Notes under the pieces: model-generated
What the model saw: the letters and a program-made list of their open reading frames with translations, nothing else
What the model was told of the DNA's origin: nothing
Databases searched by the model: none
NCBI GenBank assembly: GCA_963761305.1
Contig: CAVXGK010000002.1
Coordinates: 896,001-960,000 of the forward strand
DNA length: 64,000 nucleotides
Reading direction: 5' to 3'
Source: an uncultured Gemmatimonadaceae bacterium
GTDB taxonomy: Bacteria; Gemmatimonadota; Gemmatimonadetes; Gemmatimonadales; Gemmatimonadaceae
Position numbers and translations under genes: made by a program
Part shown: piece by piece, positions 30,257 to 44,498 of the stretch
Numbering within the stretch: the stretch's first letter is position 1
Layout of the letters: each line of letters begins with the position of its first letter

Positions 30257-31275
30257 TTAGGCTTTTCTCCTCCGCTCTCGGATCGCGCTGCCACACTACC
30301 GTGCGACAACGAACGCCCGGGTTCGGCCGGGTGCTCTGTCACCGCGTCGGTGCGTCGGTCGACCGAATACACCGATCCCGGCAACGTCTTCGCGTAGCTC
30401 TTCATCTCCGTCGCCAACGCGCTTACCTGCGCCGCGTGTCCGAAGCGCCGGCGCTCGTTGGTCACCACTCCGATCGACACGGTCATCAATGGTACGCGAT
30501 GAAGTTGTCCGCGGCGATCCTTTCCGAAGAAATATCCCGCCCGGCGGTCCTGGTCGGAGTACTGGTAGGGAATGAGCGCATCGAAGATCGAGATGATCTC
30601 CTCACACACCGGGTTCACGTCGTCGAGCGGCACGATGAAGATGAAGTCGTCGCCGCCAATGTGTCCTACGAAGCCCCGCTCCTGGCAATGCCCTTTCACC
30701 ACGTCGTGAAGGATCTGCGCGAGAATCCTGATGACGCCATCCCCTTCGTGGTATGAGTATCGGTCGTTGAACTCCTTGAAGTGATCCAGGTCGGCGTAGC
30801 ACGCCGCGAACAGCGTCCCGGCCTCGAGGCGGCGGCCGATGTCCGCCTCGATCTCCATGGCGCCCGGCAGCCGCGTCGATGGGTGGACGTACAGGTCCCG
30901 GTCCGACCGGCGCAGGAGCGCGCTCAGCCTCGTCATCATCTCGCTCGTCGCCAGCCCCTCGCGAATGACCTCGTCCGCGCCTGCGTCGAACCCGGCCTTG
31001 AACGCCGCGGCTGCGTCTTCCGTCAGCGCGACGGCCGGCACGATGCCGGTGTACGAGTCGGACTTGAGCCGGCGCAGCGCATCGAGCACGAACGCCGTCG
31101 CGCGCCGAGCGTCGAAGATCACGACCCGTGGCCGGCTGCGAAGCGCCACCGACATCAGTGTGTCGGCATCGGAGAGCGCGAGGACGGGGACGTCGAGGGT
31201 CGCCAACCACTGCTCGATGGGCTCGAGCGGCGGGGCTCCTTCACCCGAATACACGATCGCGCTTGGAGTGGCCAC
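30253..31275 (-). CDS. Receiver-like plus GGDEF-domain protein (diguanylate cyclase family)
   Basis: Receiver-like N-terminus (VVIFD, AGADE), YADLDHFKEFNDRY, GHIGGDDF, VSIGV. Start is approximate. Confidence 0.85.
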   Translation of the reverse strand: MATPSAIVYSGEGAPPLEPIEQWLATLDVPVLALSDADTLMSVALRSRPRVVIFDARRATAFVLDALRRLKSDSYTGIVPAVALTEDAAAAFKAGFDAGADEVIREGLATSEMMTRLSALLRRSDRDLYVHPSTRLPGAMEIEADIGRRLEAGTLFAACYADLDHFKEFNDRYSYHEGDGVIRILAQILHDVVKGHCQERGFVGHIGGDDFIFIVPLDDVNPVCEEIISIFDALIPYQYSDQDRRAGYFFGKDRRGQLHRVPLMTVSIGVVTNERRRFGHAAQVSALATEMKSYAKTLPGSVYSVDRRTDAVTEHPAEPGRSLSHGSVAARSESGGEKPK

Positions 31276-31414
31276 TCGTTGCGATGCCGGCGGGTTGGAG
31301 CGGCGAAGGAATCGCGCCCGGCTGCAGGCGCGAACTCGAATCAAATCAAACCAGGACGCGCGGGCAGTTCCAGCGCCCGCATGCAGTTCTTTTTCGTCGT
31401 CCGGGCGACTGTGG

Positions 31415-32236
31415 TCACCAGGGCCTGCTCACCTCGAGCGACGCGCCGCGGGTCACCCCCCCGGGGGCAGGACGAATCTGCAGCCGGAACGTCGCGAAGG
31501 CGTCGACCATGCTGAGCACGTGATTGGCGCCGATGAAGATCAGGTCCTGCACCGCCGCGGCGTGCGCGTCGTTTCGCTTGTCGGTGGTGCGGATGAACTG
31601 GTCGTACTGAAGCTGCGCGTTGCGCCACGACCATTGGAAGTTCGGTTTGACCGCCTGTTGCTCGTAGGCCACGAGCGCGGCGGCTGTCGTCGAATTGGTC
31701 GCGAGCAGCTGCTGCCAGAGATGCCCGTTGAACGTCGTGACGTCGGTCTCGGGGACGACCGCCCCGTTGTTGCCGAGCGAATACGCGCCGCTCTCGAGGA
31801 AATCGCGCATCGACTCGTAGTACGTCCAGTCGCCGTCAGGGGGCGCGCTCGAGAAGTGCGACCGCGCCACGGTTCGCGCGATCGACTTGAACGCGGCTTC
31901 CTGCTGCGTTTGCTCGTGCGCGCTCTTGCTGAACCGCCACCAGCCGATCACCTCGGCGGCCGTGTACACGATGAATCGATCGTTGCCGAGCGTGAACTGT
32001 CCGCTGCCGGGCACCACCGCCGACATGAGCGGCGCCAGCCGCCGGACGCGAATGTCGGCGATGCCCGGCGTGTTCGACGGCGGACGGCGGCCGTCGAGCG
32101 CCGACGTCGAATCGAGGACCGGGCGGCCGGCGACGTAAACGCCGGCGCGCAAGCCGTCGACTTGCTGCGCGTCGACCGCGCGGCCACCGAGCACGGACAC
32201 CACGACCGCCGCGGCGATTCGCCCGACGGCGCGCAT
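31415..32236 (-). CDS. Hypothetical exported/membrane protein (S.VVPGSGQ ... NH.....DAF family)
   Basis: Signal peptide and two hydrophobic segments; start overlaps the upstream stop. Confidence 0.7.
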   Translation of the reverse strand: MRAVGRIAAAVVVSVLGGRAVDAQQVDGLRAGVYVAGRPVLDSTSALDGRRPPSNTPGIADIRVRRLAPLMSAVVPGSGQFTLGNDRFIVYTAAEVIGWWRFSKSAHEQTQQEAAFKSIARTVARSHFSSAPPDGDWTYYESMRDFLESGAYSLGNNGAVVPETDVTTFNGHLWQQLLATNSTTAAALVAYEQQAVKPNFQWSWRNAQLQYDQFIRTTDKRNDAHAAAVQDLIFIGANHVLSMVDAFATFRLQIRPAPGGVTRGASLEVSRPW

Positions 32237-33240
32237 CAGTAGAGATACCTCAGCGCGATGAACGTCGGCGTCACGCCGGACTGCTGGCCGACGTCGGTGA
32301 GCATTCGCGCAAGATCGACGTGCAGCTTGCCCGTCGAGATGCCCAGGCCGAACGTGAGTCCCGACCCCGTGGGACCGTTCACCACGTACCCCGCGCGAAG
32401 CTGATAACGATCCTTATATGAGACTTCACCGCCGAGGTCGAGCCCCGGCGATGCGCTCGGGCTGAACGCCCACACGATGTCCGCTGCGGCGCGCAGTCGC
32501 ACGTCGGGCGGCAGCTGCGCGAGCTTCGGCGCCGAGGCGACGCCAAAAGCGATTCTGCTCGGCAGATCGTCGGCCTGCGGCGCGTCGTTGATCTGGAGCT
32601 TGAACCCGATGTTGCGGAGCGCAACGCCGAGCATGAGCGCGGAGTCGCTCGTCACGATGTACTGTGCGCCGAGATCGAGCGCACCGGTTTGGGGTGGCGT
32701 CGCGGACGCGGGCGAATCCGCGCAACTCCCGGTGCACGGAAAGCTGATACGCAGCACCTTGGCGGTGAGTCCCAATGCGAGCCGGTCGCCGAATGGCGCC
32801 GCGAACGTCGCGGCGAAGATGGTGCTCTGTGGAAAGAAGCTGCCGATCTGTACGCCGGTGGACGTGTCGGTCGACGCCTGATCGCCGAAATTGAGATATC
32901 GCAAACTCAATCCGAACGCGCCGATCTTCGGCACGGCGTAGATGAACGCGAACCCCGCGTCAGTCCCGGTTTGCGTCGACAGCGTCTGGGTCACCTGAAG
33001 CGCGGCCTCGCGCGGTCCGCGGGCGATCAACGCGGGATTCCACCACAGCGCGTCCGACCCGACCGCGGCCGCCGTCGCCGCCTGGCCCATGCCGAGCGTG
33101 CGCGCTCCGATCGGGAGAATGAACTCCAGACCTCCCTGCGTCTCGGGCGTCGCCTGTGCCGACGCCACGCCCGCCACCGCGCAGAACATCAGAAAGCTGT
33201 ACGCGAGCCGGCGCGGGACGAGCCGCGTCGCGCTCGCCAA
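32236..33240 (-). CDS. PorV/PorQ-like outer-membrane beta-barrel
   Basis: FILPIGARTLGMGQA, ALWWNPA, alternating beta strands, LRAGY, C-terminal RYLY. Start uncertain (TTG at 33240). Confidence 0.75.
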   Translation of the reverse strand: MASATRLVPRRLAYSFLMFCAVAGVASAQATPETQGGLEFILPIGARTLGMGQAATAAAVGSDALWWNPALIARGPREAALQVTQTLSTQTGTDAGFAFIYAVPKIGAFGLSLRYLNFGDQASTDTSTGVQIGSFFPQSTIFAATFAAPFGDRLALGLTAKVLRISFPCTGSCADSPASATPPQTGALDLGAQYIVTSDSALMLGVALRNIGFKLQINDAPQADDLPSRIAFGVASAPKLAQLPPDVRLRAAADIVWAFSPSASPGLDLGGEVSYKDRYQLRAGYVVNGPTGSGLTFGLGISTGKLHVDLARMLTDVGQQSGVTPTFIALRYLY

Positions 33241-33251
33241 ACTGCGAATAC

Positions 33252-33425
33252 TCAGAACGGCGTCGCCTCGTCGATGAGCATGACTGGAATCCCATCGCGG
33301 ACGGCATACTTCAAACGATCCTTGTGGCAGACGAGCACTGACTCCGCCTCCACATACTCGAGATCGCCCTTGCACTTCGGGCAGACGAGAATCGCGAGCA
33401 GCTGCTCGGGTGGACGAATTGTCAT
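33252..33425 (-). CDS. Trm112 family protein (YcaR-like)
   Basis: [14 protein letters not shown]...[17 protein letters not shown] overlaps the era stop. Confidence 0.9.
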   Translation of the reverse strand: MTIRPPEQLLAILVCPKCKGDLEYVEAESVLVCHKDRLKYAVRDGIPVMLIDEATPF

Positions 33426-34303
33426 GGCGTGCTGTCCTCCGGAATCGTGTAACCAAGGCGCGCGAGCGCATGCGGATTCCGCCGCCAGTTTGGTAGGACC
33501 TTGACCCACAGGTCGAGGTACACGGGCGACCCCACGAGCGTCTCGATCTTTCGGCGGCTGTCGCGCCCGATGGCGCGAATCCGCCGACCCCCCGAGCCGA
33601 TGAGGATGCGCTTCTGGCTGTCGCGCTCGACATGGAGGACCGCACGAATGTAAACCGGCGTTTGCGCTTCCCGGAACTCCTCGATGACGCACGCAACTCC
33701 GTATGGCAACTCGTCGTCGAGCTGCTCGAACGCCGTCTCACGAATCAGCTCCGACGTAAAGAACCTCACCGTCTGAGTGCTGAGCTCGTCTTCGGGGTAC
33801 AGGAACGGGCTCTCCGGTAGCAGCGACGCGAGGCGGGCGACGAGCGCGTCGACGCCTTCGCCCGTCGCCGCGCTGACGAGAGATGCCTCGGGGAGGCGCG
33901 CAGCCAGTGCCTGGCGACGCGCCGCGGGCACGACATCGAGCTTGTTCAACGCCACCACGATCGGCGCACGCGGCGGACGTTGGAGCCCGGCCAAGTCCGC
34001 CAGCGGCTCGGGATCTCCGGCGGCCGCATCGGCGAGATAGAGAATGACGTCCGCGTCGGCCAGCGCGGCGAGAGCCGTGGCGCGCATCGAGCGCTGCAAG
34101 GCATATCGGGGGTCGAGCAGGCCGGGCGTGTCGAGCAGAACGATCTGCGCGTCGCCGGCGGAATGAATGCCGACGATGCGGTCGCGCGTCGACTGCGGCT
34201 TGGGGCTGACGATCGCGAGCTTTTCGCCGACGATGCGATTGAGCAGCGTCGACTTGCCGGCGTTGGGCTTCCCGGCGACGGTGACGATGCCGGCGCGTGG
34301 CAC
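33422..34303 (-). CDS. era: GTPase Era
   Basis: [23 protein letters not shown] and KH domain with SQK.ILIG.GG and LDLWVKV. Confidence 0.96.
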   Translation of the reverse strand: MPRAGIVTVAGKPNAGKSTLLNRIVGEKLAIVSPKPQSTRDRIVGIHSAGDAQIVLLDTPGLLDPRYALQRSMRATALAALADADVILYLADAAAGDPEPLADLAGLQRPPRAPIVVALNKLDVVPAARRQALAARLPEASLVSAATGEGVDALVARLASLLPESPFLYPEDELSTQTVRFFTSELIRETAFEQLDDELPYGVACVIEEFREAQTPVYIRAVLHVERDSQKRILIGSGGRRIRAIGRDSRRKIETLVGSPVYLDLWVKVLPNWRRNPHALARLGYTIPEDSTP

Positions 34304-34332
34304 GGAAGGGGGCGTGGGGAGCAGTTGGGGAA

Positions 34333-34445
34333 GGCAGCCGGACGGCTGGACGGCCAGACAGCTTGACGGCCGGACCGCGGGAGGGCAATGACGCGGGTCG
34401 CTCTTCTCGACCGGTCGAGCCGTCAGGCGGTCAAGCCGTCAGGCC
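34333..34445. repeat. Degenerate 8-bp tandem repeats in two inverted blocks
   Basis: GGCAGCCG GACGGCTG GACGGCCA GACAGCTT GACGGCCG GACCGCGG, then GAGCCGTC AGGCGGTC AAGCCGTC AGGCC in the opposite orientation. Confidence 0.7.
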
Positions 34446-34482
34446 AAAACACAAATGCCCCAGCCGAACGGCTGAGGCATTT
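34446..34482 (-). terminator. Intrinsic terminator of the rRNA operon
   Basis: Minus strand reads AAATGCCTCAGCCG-TT-CGGCTGGGGCATTT followed by GTGTTTT. Confidence 0.8.
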
Positions 34483-34507
34483 GGGGTTTCCGAGGAAACC
34501 AAGGGGG

Positions 34508-34624
34508 TGCCGGCGACGGCCTACTCTCCCGCGCTCTCGCGAGCGGAGTACCATCGGCGCTGTAGGGCTTAACGATCGTGTTCGGAATGGGAACGAGTGT
34601 GGCCCCTACGCTCTAGTCGCCAGC
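34508..34624 (-). rRNA. rrf: 5S rRNA
   Basis: Reverse complement contains CCCATTCCGAACACG, GCCGATGGTACT and GGGAGAGTAGG. Ends approximate. Confidence 0.95.
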
Positions 34625-34792
34625 GAAAAAATCGGTTGTCAACGCACGACAAGAAAGCAAAAAAAACGAGAAACTGAAGAGGAATGACGACGGAGGATTT
34701 GGTAGATGGTATTTATGGATCTTTGATCAAGATCGTGCTGCTCTGCTTGCGATATTGGAGCTTGTTGCTCCTGGTGGTCGAAACCACTGGGA

Positions 34793-37755
<2,963 letters not shown>

Positions 37756-38063
37756 AAAGCTGATATTGTAGCAAGCAGATTACGCGCGATCTTTTTCAGA
37801 TCATTGTTACGAGTGACAATCATTTCAAAAAACGAAATAAAAAGTCTCTCTTCAGATTCACAAATCCGCGATCTACCAAATCCATCCGTTGTCAAACAGC
37901 GTTGACGCTCGCGGCGCACAGGTCTCCCTGCGCCACCGGGCATCGAAGCGAAAATCAAACGTGGGAAGAACGATGTACGAGACGAGCGACTTACGGACTC
38001 TTTCAGTCACACGGCCACGCCGAACAAGTTCGACGCGCACCGGGACCTACTCGACAGTTCCGT

Positions 38064-39587
<1,524 letters not shown>

Positions 39588-39808
39588 GAGTATTTGACTA
39601 GCTCGTTCAGACTCCGCTGTCTCACGCTGTCACTTTCGCTTGAGCGAAGACAGCGCGTCCGAATCACGAAATGTTCAGGTTTGAACTCTCCCCTTGGGCC
39701 CCGAACAGGCACCAAGGATTAACGAGTTCGCCTCGCACATCCGTTCTTCCCACGTTCGATTGTCAATCAGCGATTGCAAAAGTCCTGTCGCATCTGCGAC
39801 AGCCTTTA

Positions 39809-39837
39809 ATTATATCCACGCGTAACGGTTGCGTCAA
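39809..39837 (-). promoter_or_regulatory. Sigma70 promoter of the rRNA operon
   Basis: TTGACG-17 bp-TATAAT about 220 nt upstream of 16S; a boxA-like CGCTGATTGACAA follows near 39761-39773. Confidence 0.88.
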
Positions 39838-40196
39838 GCGCAGAACTGAATTTTTTCGAGGGCGTCATTCCCGCCTCGCGTCGCCAAAAACGCCTCGCGC
39901 GCACCATCCAATCGGACTCGTGCGTCGCCATCGTTCCTGGCACCCAGCGGGCCTTGATTCTACCCACGGACCGCAGCCGAAACAACCCCCGTTTCAGCCC
40001 GTCCAGCATTGCACGTCTCGCCGGCAAACTGAGCCTTGTACTCCCGGTACAGCTCGTACCGCCTGTACAGCTCCCGAATCACCGACGCCGAGGCGCTCGG
40101 AAAAGAACCCCGTTCCCCGCCCCGTGTTCCAACACCATTCCAACCTCACTGCAACCCTACTCCAAAAACGACGCCGGCAATCTTCCGCCGGCCGCA

Positions 40197-40269
40197 TGGG
40201 CCGTGTAGGAATCGAACCTACAACCTAGCGATTAAGAGTCGCTTGCTCTGCCAATTGAGCTAACGGCCC
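40197..40269 (-). tRNA. tRNA-Lys(CTT)
   Basis: Cloverleaf GGGCCGT...AGCGA-CT CTT AA-TCGCT...GGTTCGATTCC; CCA not encoded. Confidence 0.95.
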
Positions 40270-40319
40270 GCTCCATCGTGCAAACCCGGAGCAAACTCGC
40301 AGTCACCCACAGAGTCGTG

Positions 40320-40396
40320 TGGCGCGCCAGGAGGGAATCGAACCCCCGACCCACAGCTTAGAAGGCTGTTGCTCTATCCATCTGAGCTACTGGCGC
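40320..40396 (-). tRNA. tRNA-Arg(TCT)
   Basis: GCGCCAG...ACAGC-CT TCT AA-GCTGT...GGTTCGATTCC...GCCA. Confidence 0.95.
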
Positions 40397-40447
40397 TTCT
40401 CACCAATGGTGCCGCTGGTGCCACGCGATCGTGCCGGTTCCTGCAGG

Positions 40448-40521
40448 TCGGGGCGCCCGGATTTGAACCGGGGACCTCCTGCTCCCAAAGCAGGCGCGAT
40501 ACCAGGCTACGCTACGCCCCG
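40448..40521 (-). tRNA. tRNA-Pro(TGG)
   Basis: CGGGGCG...CCTGC-TT TGG GA-GCAGG...GGTTCAAATCC. Confidence 0.95.
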
Positions 40522-40556
40522 CGAGCCTCCCAATGTACCGACGGCTCGAGGCGGAA

Positions 40557-41210
40557 TCAACTGTGACGCACCGACTTCCGCGCCACCTCGGGACGGTCGA
40601 CGAGCACGTCCAGCAACGCGCCGAACGCTCGCGCCCGATGGCTCACCCTCTCCTTCTCCTCGCGCGTCGCCTCGCCGAACGTCCGTCCGCCAAGCTCGTC
40701 GGCCTCGAAGTAGGGATCATATCCGAACCCGTCGTCGCCGCGCGGCCGGTCGACGATGCGACCGTGCACCTCGCCACGCCGCACGATCTCGCCGGTCGAA
40801 TCCACGTACGCCGCGGCGCACACGTAATACGCGCGGCGGTCGTCGATGCCCTGGAGTCGCTCGAGCAGCAGGCGATTGTTTTCCTCATCGAGCGCGCGTC
40901 CGCTGAGATCGGGCCGGCCGCTCCACCGCTTGCTCTTCACGCCGGGCAGTCCGCCGAGCGCCGGCACCACGAGGCCGGAATCGTCGGCGGCGGTGGGAAG
41001 CCCCGTCTGTTGATGAAAGTGTCGCGCTTTGGCCAGCGCGTTCCCCTCGAAGCTGTCGAGCATCTCGAGCTCGTCCTCGACACGCGACTCGACGACGCCC
41101 GCGGCGTCGAGTCCCAACGCGGAGATGCCGCGCGCGGCGCAGATCGGCACCAGCTCGCGAAGCTTGCCCGTGCTGCGCGTCGCGAGCAGCAGCACGGCCT
41201 CCACGTTCAC
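40557..41210 (-). CDS. rdgB: Non-canonical purine NTP pyrophosphatase (RdgB/HAM1)
   Basis: GKLRE, NALAKA, ADDSGL, GFGYDP, SHRARA; follows rph. Confidence 0.93.
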   Translation of the reverse strand: MNVEAVLLLATRSTGKLRELVPICAARGISALGLDAAGVVESRVEDELEMLDSFEGNALAKARHFHQQTGLPTAADDSGLVVPALGGLPGVKSKRWSGRPDLSGRALDEENNRLLLERLQGIDDRRAYYVCAAAYVDSTGEIVRRGEVHGRIVDRPRGDDGFGYDPYFEADELGGRTFGEATREEKERVSHRARAFGALLDVLVDRPEVARKSVRHS

Positions 41211-41962
41211 GCGCCTCGAGGGAGCGGGGCGTCGAGCGCGTCGCGCTGCGCCGCGTCCAGCTCACCAATCCCTTTCACCGCCAGCTCGATGAGCCGATCC
41301 AACTCGGCGCGGTCGAACGTGCCGTGTTCGCCGGTTCCCTGTACTTCGACGAAGCGTCCTTCGCTACTCATCACGACGTTCATGTCCACAGCGGCGCGAA
41401 CGTCCTCCTCGTAGTCGAGGTCGAGCCGCGGAGCGGTGCCGATCACGCCGACGCTGACCGCGGACACGCGCCGCTTGATCGGCGTGCGGTTCAGACGCCC
41501 GGTGCCGACGAGCCACGAGAAGGCATCGCTCACGGCGACGCAGGCGCCGGTGATCGACGCGGTGCGCGTGCCGCCGTCGGCGAGCAGCACGTCGCAGTCG
41601 AGCTTGATCGTGAACTCGCCGAACTTGAAGTCGTCGAGCATCGCGCGCACGCTGCGCCCGATCAGACGCTGGATCTCCTGCGTCCGGCCGCCGACCTGCG
41701 AGCGCTCGCGCGAGGTGCGCGTCCGGGTCGCGCGCGGGAGCATCGCGTACTCGGCGGTGAGCCACCCTTCGCCGCGGCCGCGCTTCCACGCCGGCACGCC
41801 GTCCTCGACCGACGCGGTGCACAGCACGCGTGTCGCGCCGAACGAGACGAGGCACGAGCCCTCGGCGTACGGCGCAACGCCGCGCTCGAGGGTCACCGGG
41901 CGCATCTCGTCGTCGCGCCGGGCGGTGCGATCTATTTGAATTGTCTGAAGGTCAGCGGCCAC
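41207..41962 (-). CDS. rph: Ribonuclease PH
   Basis: [47 protein letters not shown]. Confidence 0.96.
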   Translation of the reverse strand: MAADLQTIQIDRTARRDDEMRPVTLERGVAPYAEGSCLVSFGATRVLCTASVEDGVPAWKRGRGEGWLTAEYAMLPRATRTRTSRERSQVGGRTQEIQRLIGRSVRAMLDDFKFGEFTIKLDCDVLLADGGTRTASITGACVAVSDAFSWLVGTGRLNRTPIKRRVSAVSVGVIGTAPRLDLDYEEDVRAAVDMNVVMSSEGRFVEVQGTGEHGTFDRAELDRLIELAVKGIGELDAAQRDALDAPLPRGA

Positions 41963-42440
41963 GCACTCGCTCGATCGTGGAAGTCGTCGAATGACCGGGC
42001 GTGAGCGGGACGACGACGACTTCGCCGCCCCACGCCCGCAGTTCGTCCGCGCCGACGATCGTCGATTCGCTGTAGTCGCCCCCCTTCACGAGGACGTCCG
42101 GACGCAGCGCGCGGATCAACTCGAGCGGCGTGTCCTCGTCGAAAATCACGACGGCGTCGACCATCGTCAGCGCGGCCAGAACATAACAGCGGGCGCCCTC
42201 GTCGCGCACCGGCCGCGTCAACCCTTTGAGCCGGCGCACCGAGGCGTCGCTGTTGACGCCGACGACGAGGTAATCGCCCGCGCGACGCGCCGCGAGGAGC
42301 ACGTCGAGGTGGCCGGTGTGCAGCAGGTCGAAGACGCCGTTCGTGAAGACGACGCGTCCTTCCTCGATCCGACCAGCCCGCCACTCGCGCGCGCGATCCC
42401 AGGGAAGGATCTTCTCGCGCGGGTCGGCGGCGTCGCTCAA
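41952..42440 (-). CDS. rfaE2: D-glycero-beta-D-manno-heptose 1-phosphate adenylyltransferase
   Basis: [35 protein letters not shown]. Confidence 0.92.
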   Translation of the reverse strand: MSDAADPREKILPWDRAREWRAGRIEEGRVVFTNGVFDLLHTGHLDVLLAARRAGDYLVVGVNSDASVRRLKGLTRPVRDEGARCYVLAALTMVDAVVIFDEDTPLELIRALRPDVLVKGGDYSESTIVGADELRAWGGEVVVVPLTPGHSTTSTIERVRGR

Positions 42441-42790
42441 AGGGGCCCTTCGGCGCTCGGGTGGAAGTGCAGCTGCCGAACGTGGCCCGGCAGCTCGACC
42501 GGCTCGTCGTAGTCCGACTCGATCGAGATGTACCCCCGGTCGCGATGAATCTTTATGTGACCCGCCTCCTCGGGGAGGCCGAGGGAGTCGGCCACGGCGC
42601 GCAACCGAACGACGATGACGTCATTCGTGTTGTGCGAGGCGAACCGCACTTCCTGCTGGATGTCGTCCCGGAATTCGTAGAAACGCCAGTAGGCCTGGGC
42701 CACGTTCACGCCGAAGTACACCACGGCCGCGATGACGAGGACGCTGAACAGACAGCCCATCGTGCTGGCCCCGCGCCGCGTGGTCACCAA
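42437..42790 (-). CDS. Hypothetical single-TM protein (pilin-like RRG-hydrophobic N-terminus)
   Basis: [27 protein letters not shown]; overlaps both neighbours in the operon. Confidence 0.7.
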   Translation of the reverse strand: MVTTRRGASTMGCLFSVLVIAAVVYFGVNVAQAYWRFYEFRDDIQQEVRFASHNTNDVIVVRLRAVADSLGLPEEAGHIKIHRDRGYISIESDYDEPVELPGHVRQLHFHPSAEGPL

Positions 42791-43281
42791 TTGCTTTGCA
42801 CCCCGTCGACGATCTGCTGGACGAGCTTTTCGATCGCCTGCTTTCGGCCGTCCGCTTCGGCGCGCTCGTTATAGTCGGCCTCGCCGCGGAGCGCCTTGCT
42901 GGTGAACAGCGTGTGGCCGTTCGATTGGTCGATGATGTCCACTTCGAGGGTGATGGCGAGATGGCGGCGCGCGGTGAGGGCCTGCTGCGGATTGGCGTTG
43001 AAGCCCACTGGAACGTCCGCGTCGTACGTCTGAATGACGCCCTTCACCAGGGCATCGGCGCGTTCCGGCGGCGCGTCGCGCACGCCGAGCTTGCGTTGCA
43101 GCTCCTCGTGCATGCGGTCGTACAGTTCCTTGGTGACGTCGGGCGACGCGGTCTGATTGTCGAACGTCGCGATGGCCATCGTATGAATGTTCGGCGGCAA
43201 CCCGCCCCCGGCGAGGCTATAGAAACAGCCCGCCAGCAGGAGGAGTGAGAGACTACTGATTGAACCGCCAAATCGCCGCAT
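42784..43281 (-). CDS. lptE: LPS assembly lipoprotein LptE family
   Basis: Lipobox LLAGC followed by YSL.G..LP..I, F.NQT and a C-terminal helix ending in W. Confidence 0.75.
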   Translation of the reverse strand: MRRFGGSISSLSLLLLAGCFYSLAGGGLPPNIHTMAIATFDNQTASPDVTKELYDRMHEELQRKLGVRDAPPERADALVKGVIQTYDADVPVGFNANPQQALTARRHLAITLEVDIIDQSNGHTLFTSKALRGEADYNERAEADGRKQAIEKLVQQIVDGVQSNW

Positions 43282-43972
43282 CGAACTCGCCGCCATCTTC
43301 CGATTTTGTAATCGTGAGCTGCAGTGTGCGCCGCGCGCCTTCATTCCGATACTTCACGTGAGAGGGGTCGCTACGATCGACCCATTCTGCTACCCGCCCG
43401 TCCTGAACGCGTTCGACGCGAATCAGTGAGTCGCCGTGGTAGCTGAGCCGCCAGGTGGTGGGACGCCCGATGTCGGCTCGCAGAGTCGTACCCTCAACAC
43501 GAATGACGGTATCGGGAAGATTTGGCAACGCGACGCGCCCCAAAGCCGCCCAAAGCAGGGTTGCCGACGGAATGAGATCCTTCTGCCCTTCCGCGCCAGG
43601 GGGGGTTCGGAGCGAATCCGCGATCAGCACGACCATGCCGCCGCTGATCCCGCCGCCGAGGAAAAAGTCCAGCCGCGCACTATCGGGCGATGCGATACGG
43701 GCCGCTCCGTCGCCACGGGTGGTCATCGTGTACTGGCTGACCTCCCAGCTGAACACGACCTTGTGATGACCTGGCGCGATTTGGGCTCGCGGTAGTCGGC
43801 TCGCCGGCGCCAGATCGCCGGTCAGCGGCGTCAGCCTCGGCGGCGCGCAGGCACTCGAACCGGCGAGCGCGGCGACGGCGAGCGCGCGTGCGGCTCGCGC
43901 GCCGCGTGTTCGTCGTGGCAAGCCTGTTCGCGTCGAGCCTTGCGTCGAGCCTTGCGTCGCGCCGTGCATCAC
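43253..43972 (-). CDS. Hypothetical lipoprotein
   Basis: Arg-rich N-terminus with lipobox-like SSAC, ARIASPDSARLDFF; GTG overlaps the thioesterase stop. Confidence 0.65.
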   Translation of the reverse strand: MMHGATQGSTQGSTRTGLPRRTRGARAARALAVAALAGSSACAPPRLTPLTGDLAPASRLPRAQIAPGHHKVVFSWEVSQYTMTTRGDGAARIASPDSARLDFFLGGGISGGMVVLIADSLRTPPGAEGQKDLIPSATLLWAALGRVALPNLPDTVIRVEGTTLRADIGRPTTWRLSYHGDSLIRVERVQDGRVAEWVDRSDPSHVKYRNEGARRTLQLTITKSEDGGEFDAAIWRFNQ

Positions 43973-44433
43973 GCGCCTCGTCCTCCCAGCAACGGTTCGA
44001 ACAGCGCGCGCACCGCCGCCGGTATCGCCACCAACCGGCCGCTCGTGTCGATCGAGACGAGCGTGGTCCGCGCGCTCACGAGACGCTCGTCGGTGTCCGC
44101 GTTGGTGATCAGATAGTCGAACGTGATGCTCCGCGACCGCAGATCGGTGAGGGTCGTGCGTACCCGAATCAGGTCGTCGTAGCGCGCGGCGGCGTGGAAT
44201 CGTGCCGTAAGGTCGGACACCGCAAGACCGACGCCGGATCGCTCGATGTCGGCGTAGCTCATTCCGCGGGCGCGGATGAAGTCCGTACGGCCCACCTCGC
44301 ACCAGATGAGATAGTTCGTGTGGTAGACGACACCCATCTGGTCCGTTTCCGCGTAGCGCACGCGGAGCTGGATGTCGTGCGGCGGCAGCGCCGGAGGAGA
44401 CACGGTGCGGGAGGCCGCGGCATCGTTCGTCAC
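43969..44433 (-). CDS. Acyl-CoA thioesterase (YbgC/4HBT family)
   Basis: RVRYAETDQMGVVYHTNYL.W.E.GRT, ARYDD. Confidence 0.92.
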   Translation of the reverse strand: MTNDAAASRTVSPPALPPHDIQLRVRYAETDQMGVVYHTNYLIWCEVGRTDFIRARGMSYADIERSGVGLAVSDLTARFHAAARYDDLIRVRTTLTDLRSRSITFDYLITNADTDERLVSARTTLVSIDTSGRLVAIPAAVRALFEPLLGGRGA

Positions 44434-44462
44434 GTCGCGAAGGATCGTTGGGCGTGGTTTGT

Positions 44463-44491
44463 TTGTAAAGCGAGCGCGGCGTCAATAGAAT
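44463..44491 (+). promoter_or_regulatory. Putative sigma70 promoter of lpxH
   Basis: TTGTAA-17 bp-TAGAAT, ending 7 nt before the GTG start. Confidence 0.55.
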
Positions 44492-44498
44492 TCGTCGC

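Noticed and set aside
31330..31375. Possible sigma54 or ECF promoter (TGGAACT...) upstream of the GGDEF gene
   Set aside because: The match is too weak (no TTGC at -12) to support in GC-rich DNA.
39840..40196. 350-nt intergenic region with weak GTAC-periodic repeats near 40036-40075
   Set aside because: I could not support an ncRNA fold or a credible ORF; it is probably the rrn upstream region.
40190..40560. tRNA cluster (and selC) as integration sites for an island
   Set aside because: No integrase, no duplicated tRNA 3' end and no foreign cargo were seen; flanks are core genes.
43930..43959. 12-bp tandem repeat GCGTCGAGCCTT
   Set aside because: Only about 2.5 in-frame copies in an N-terminal tail (TQGSTQGST), probably neutral slippage.
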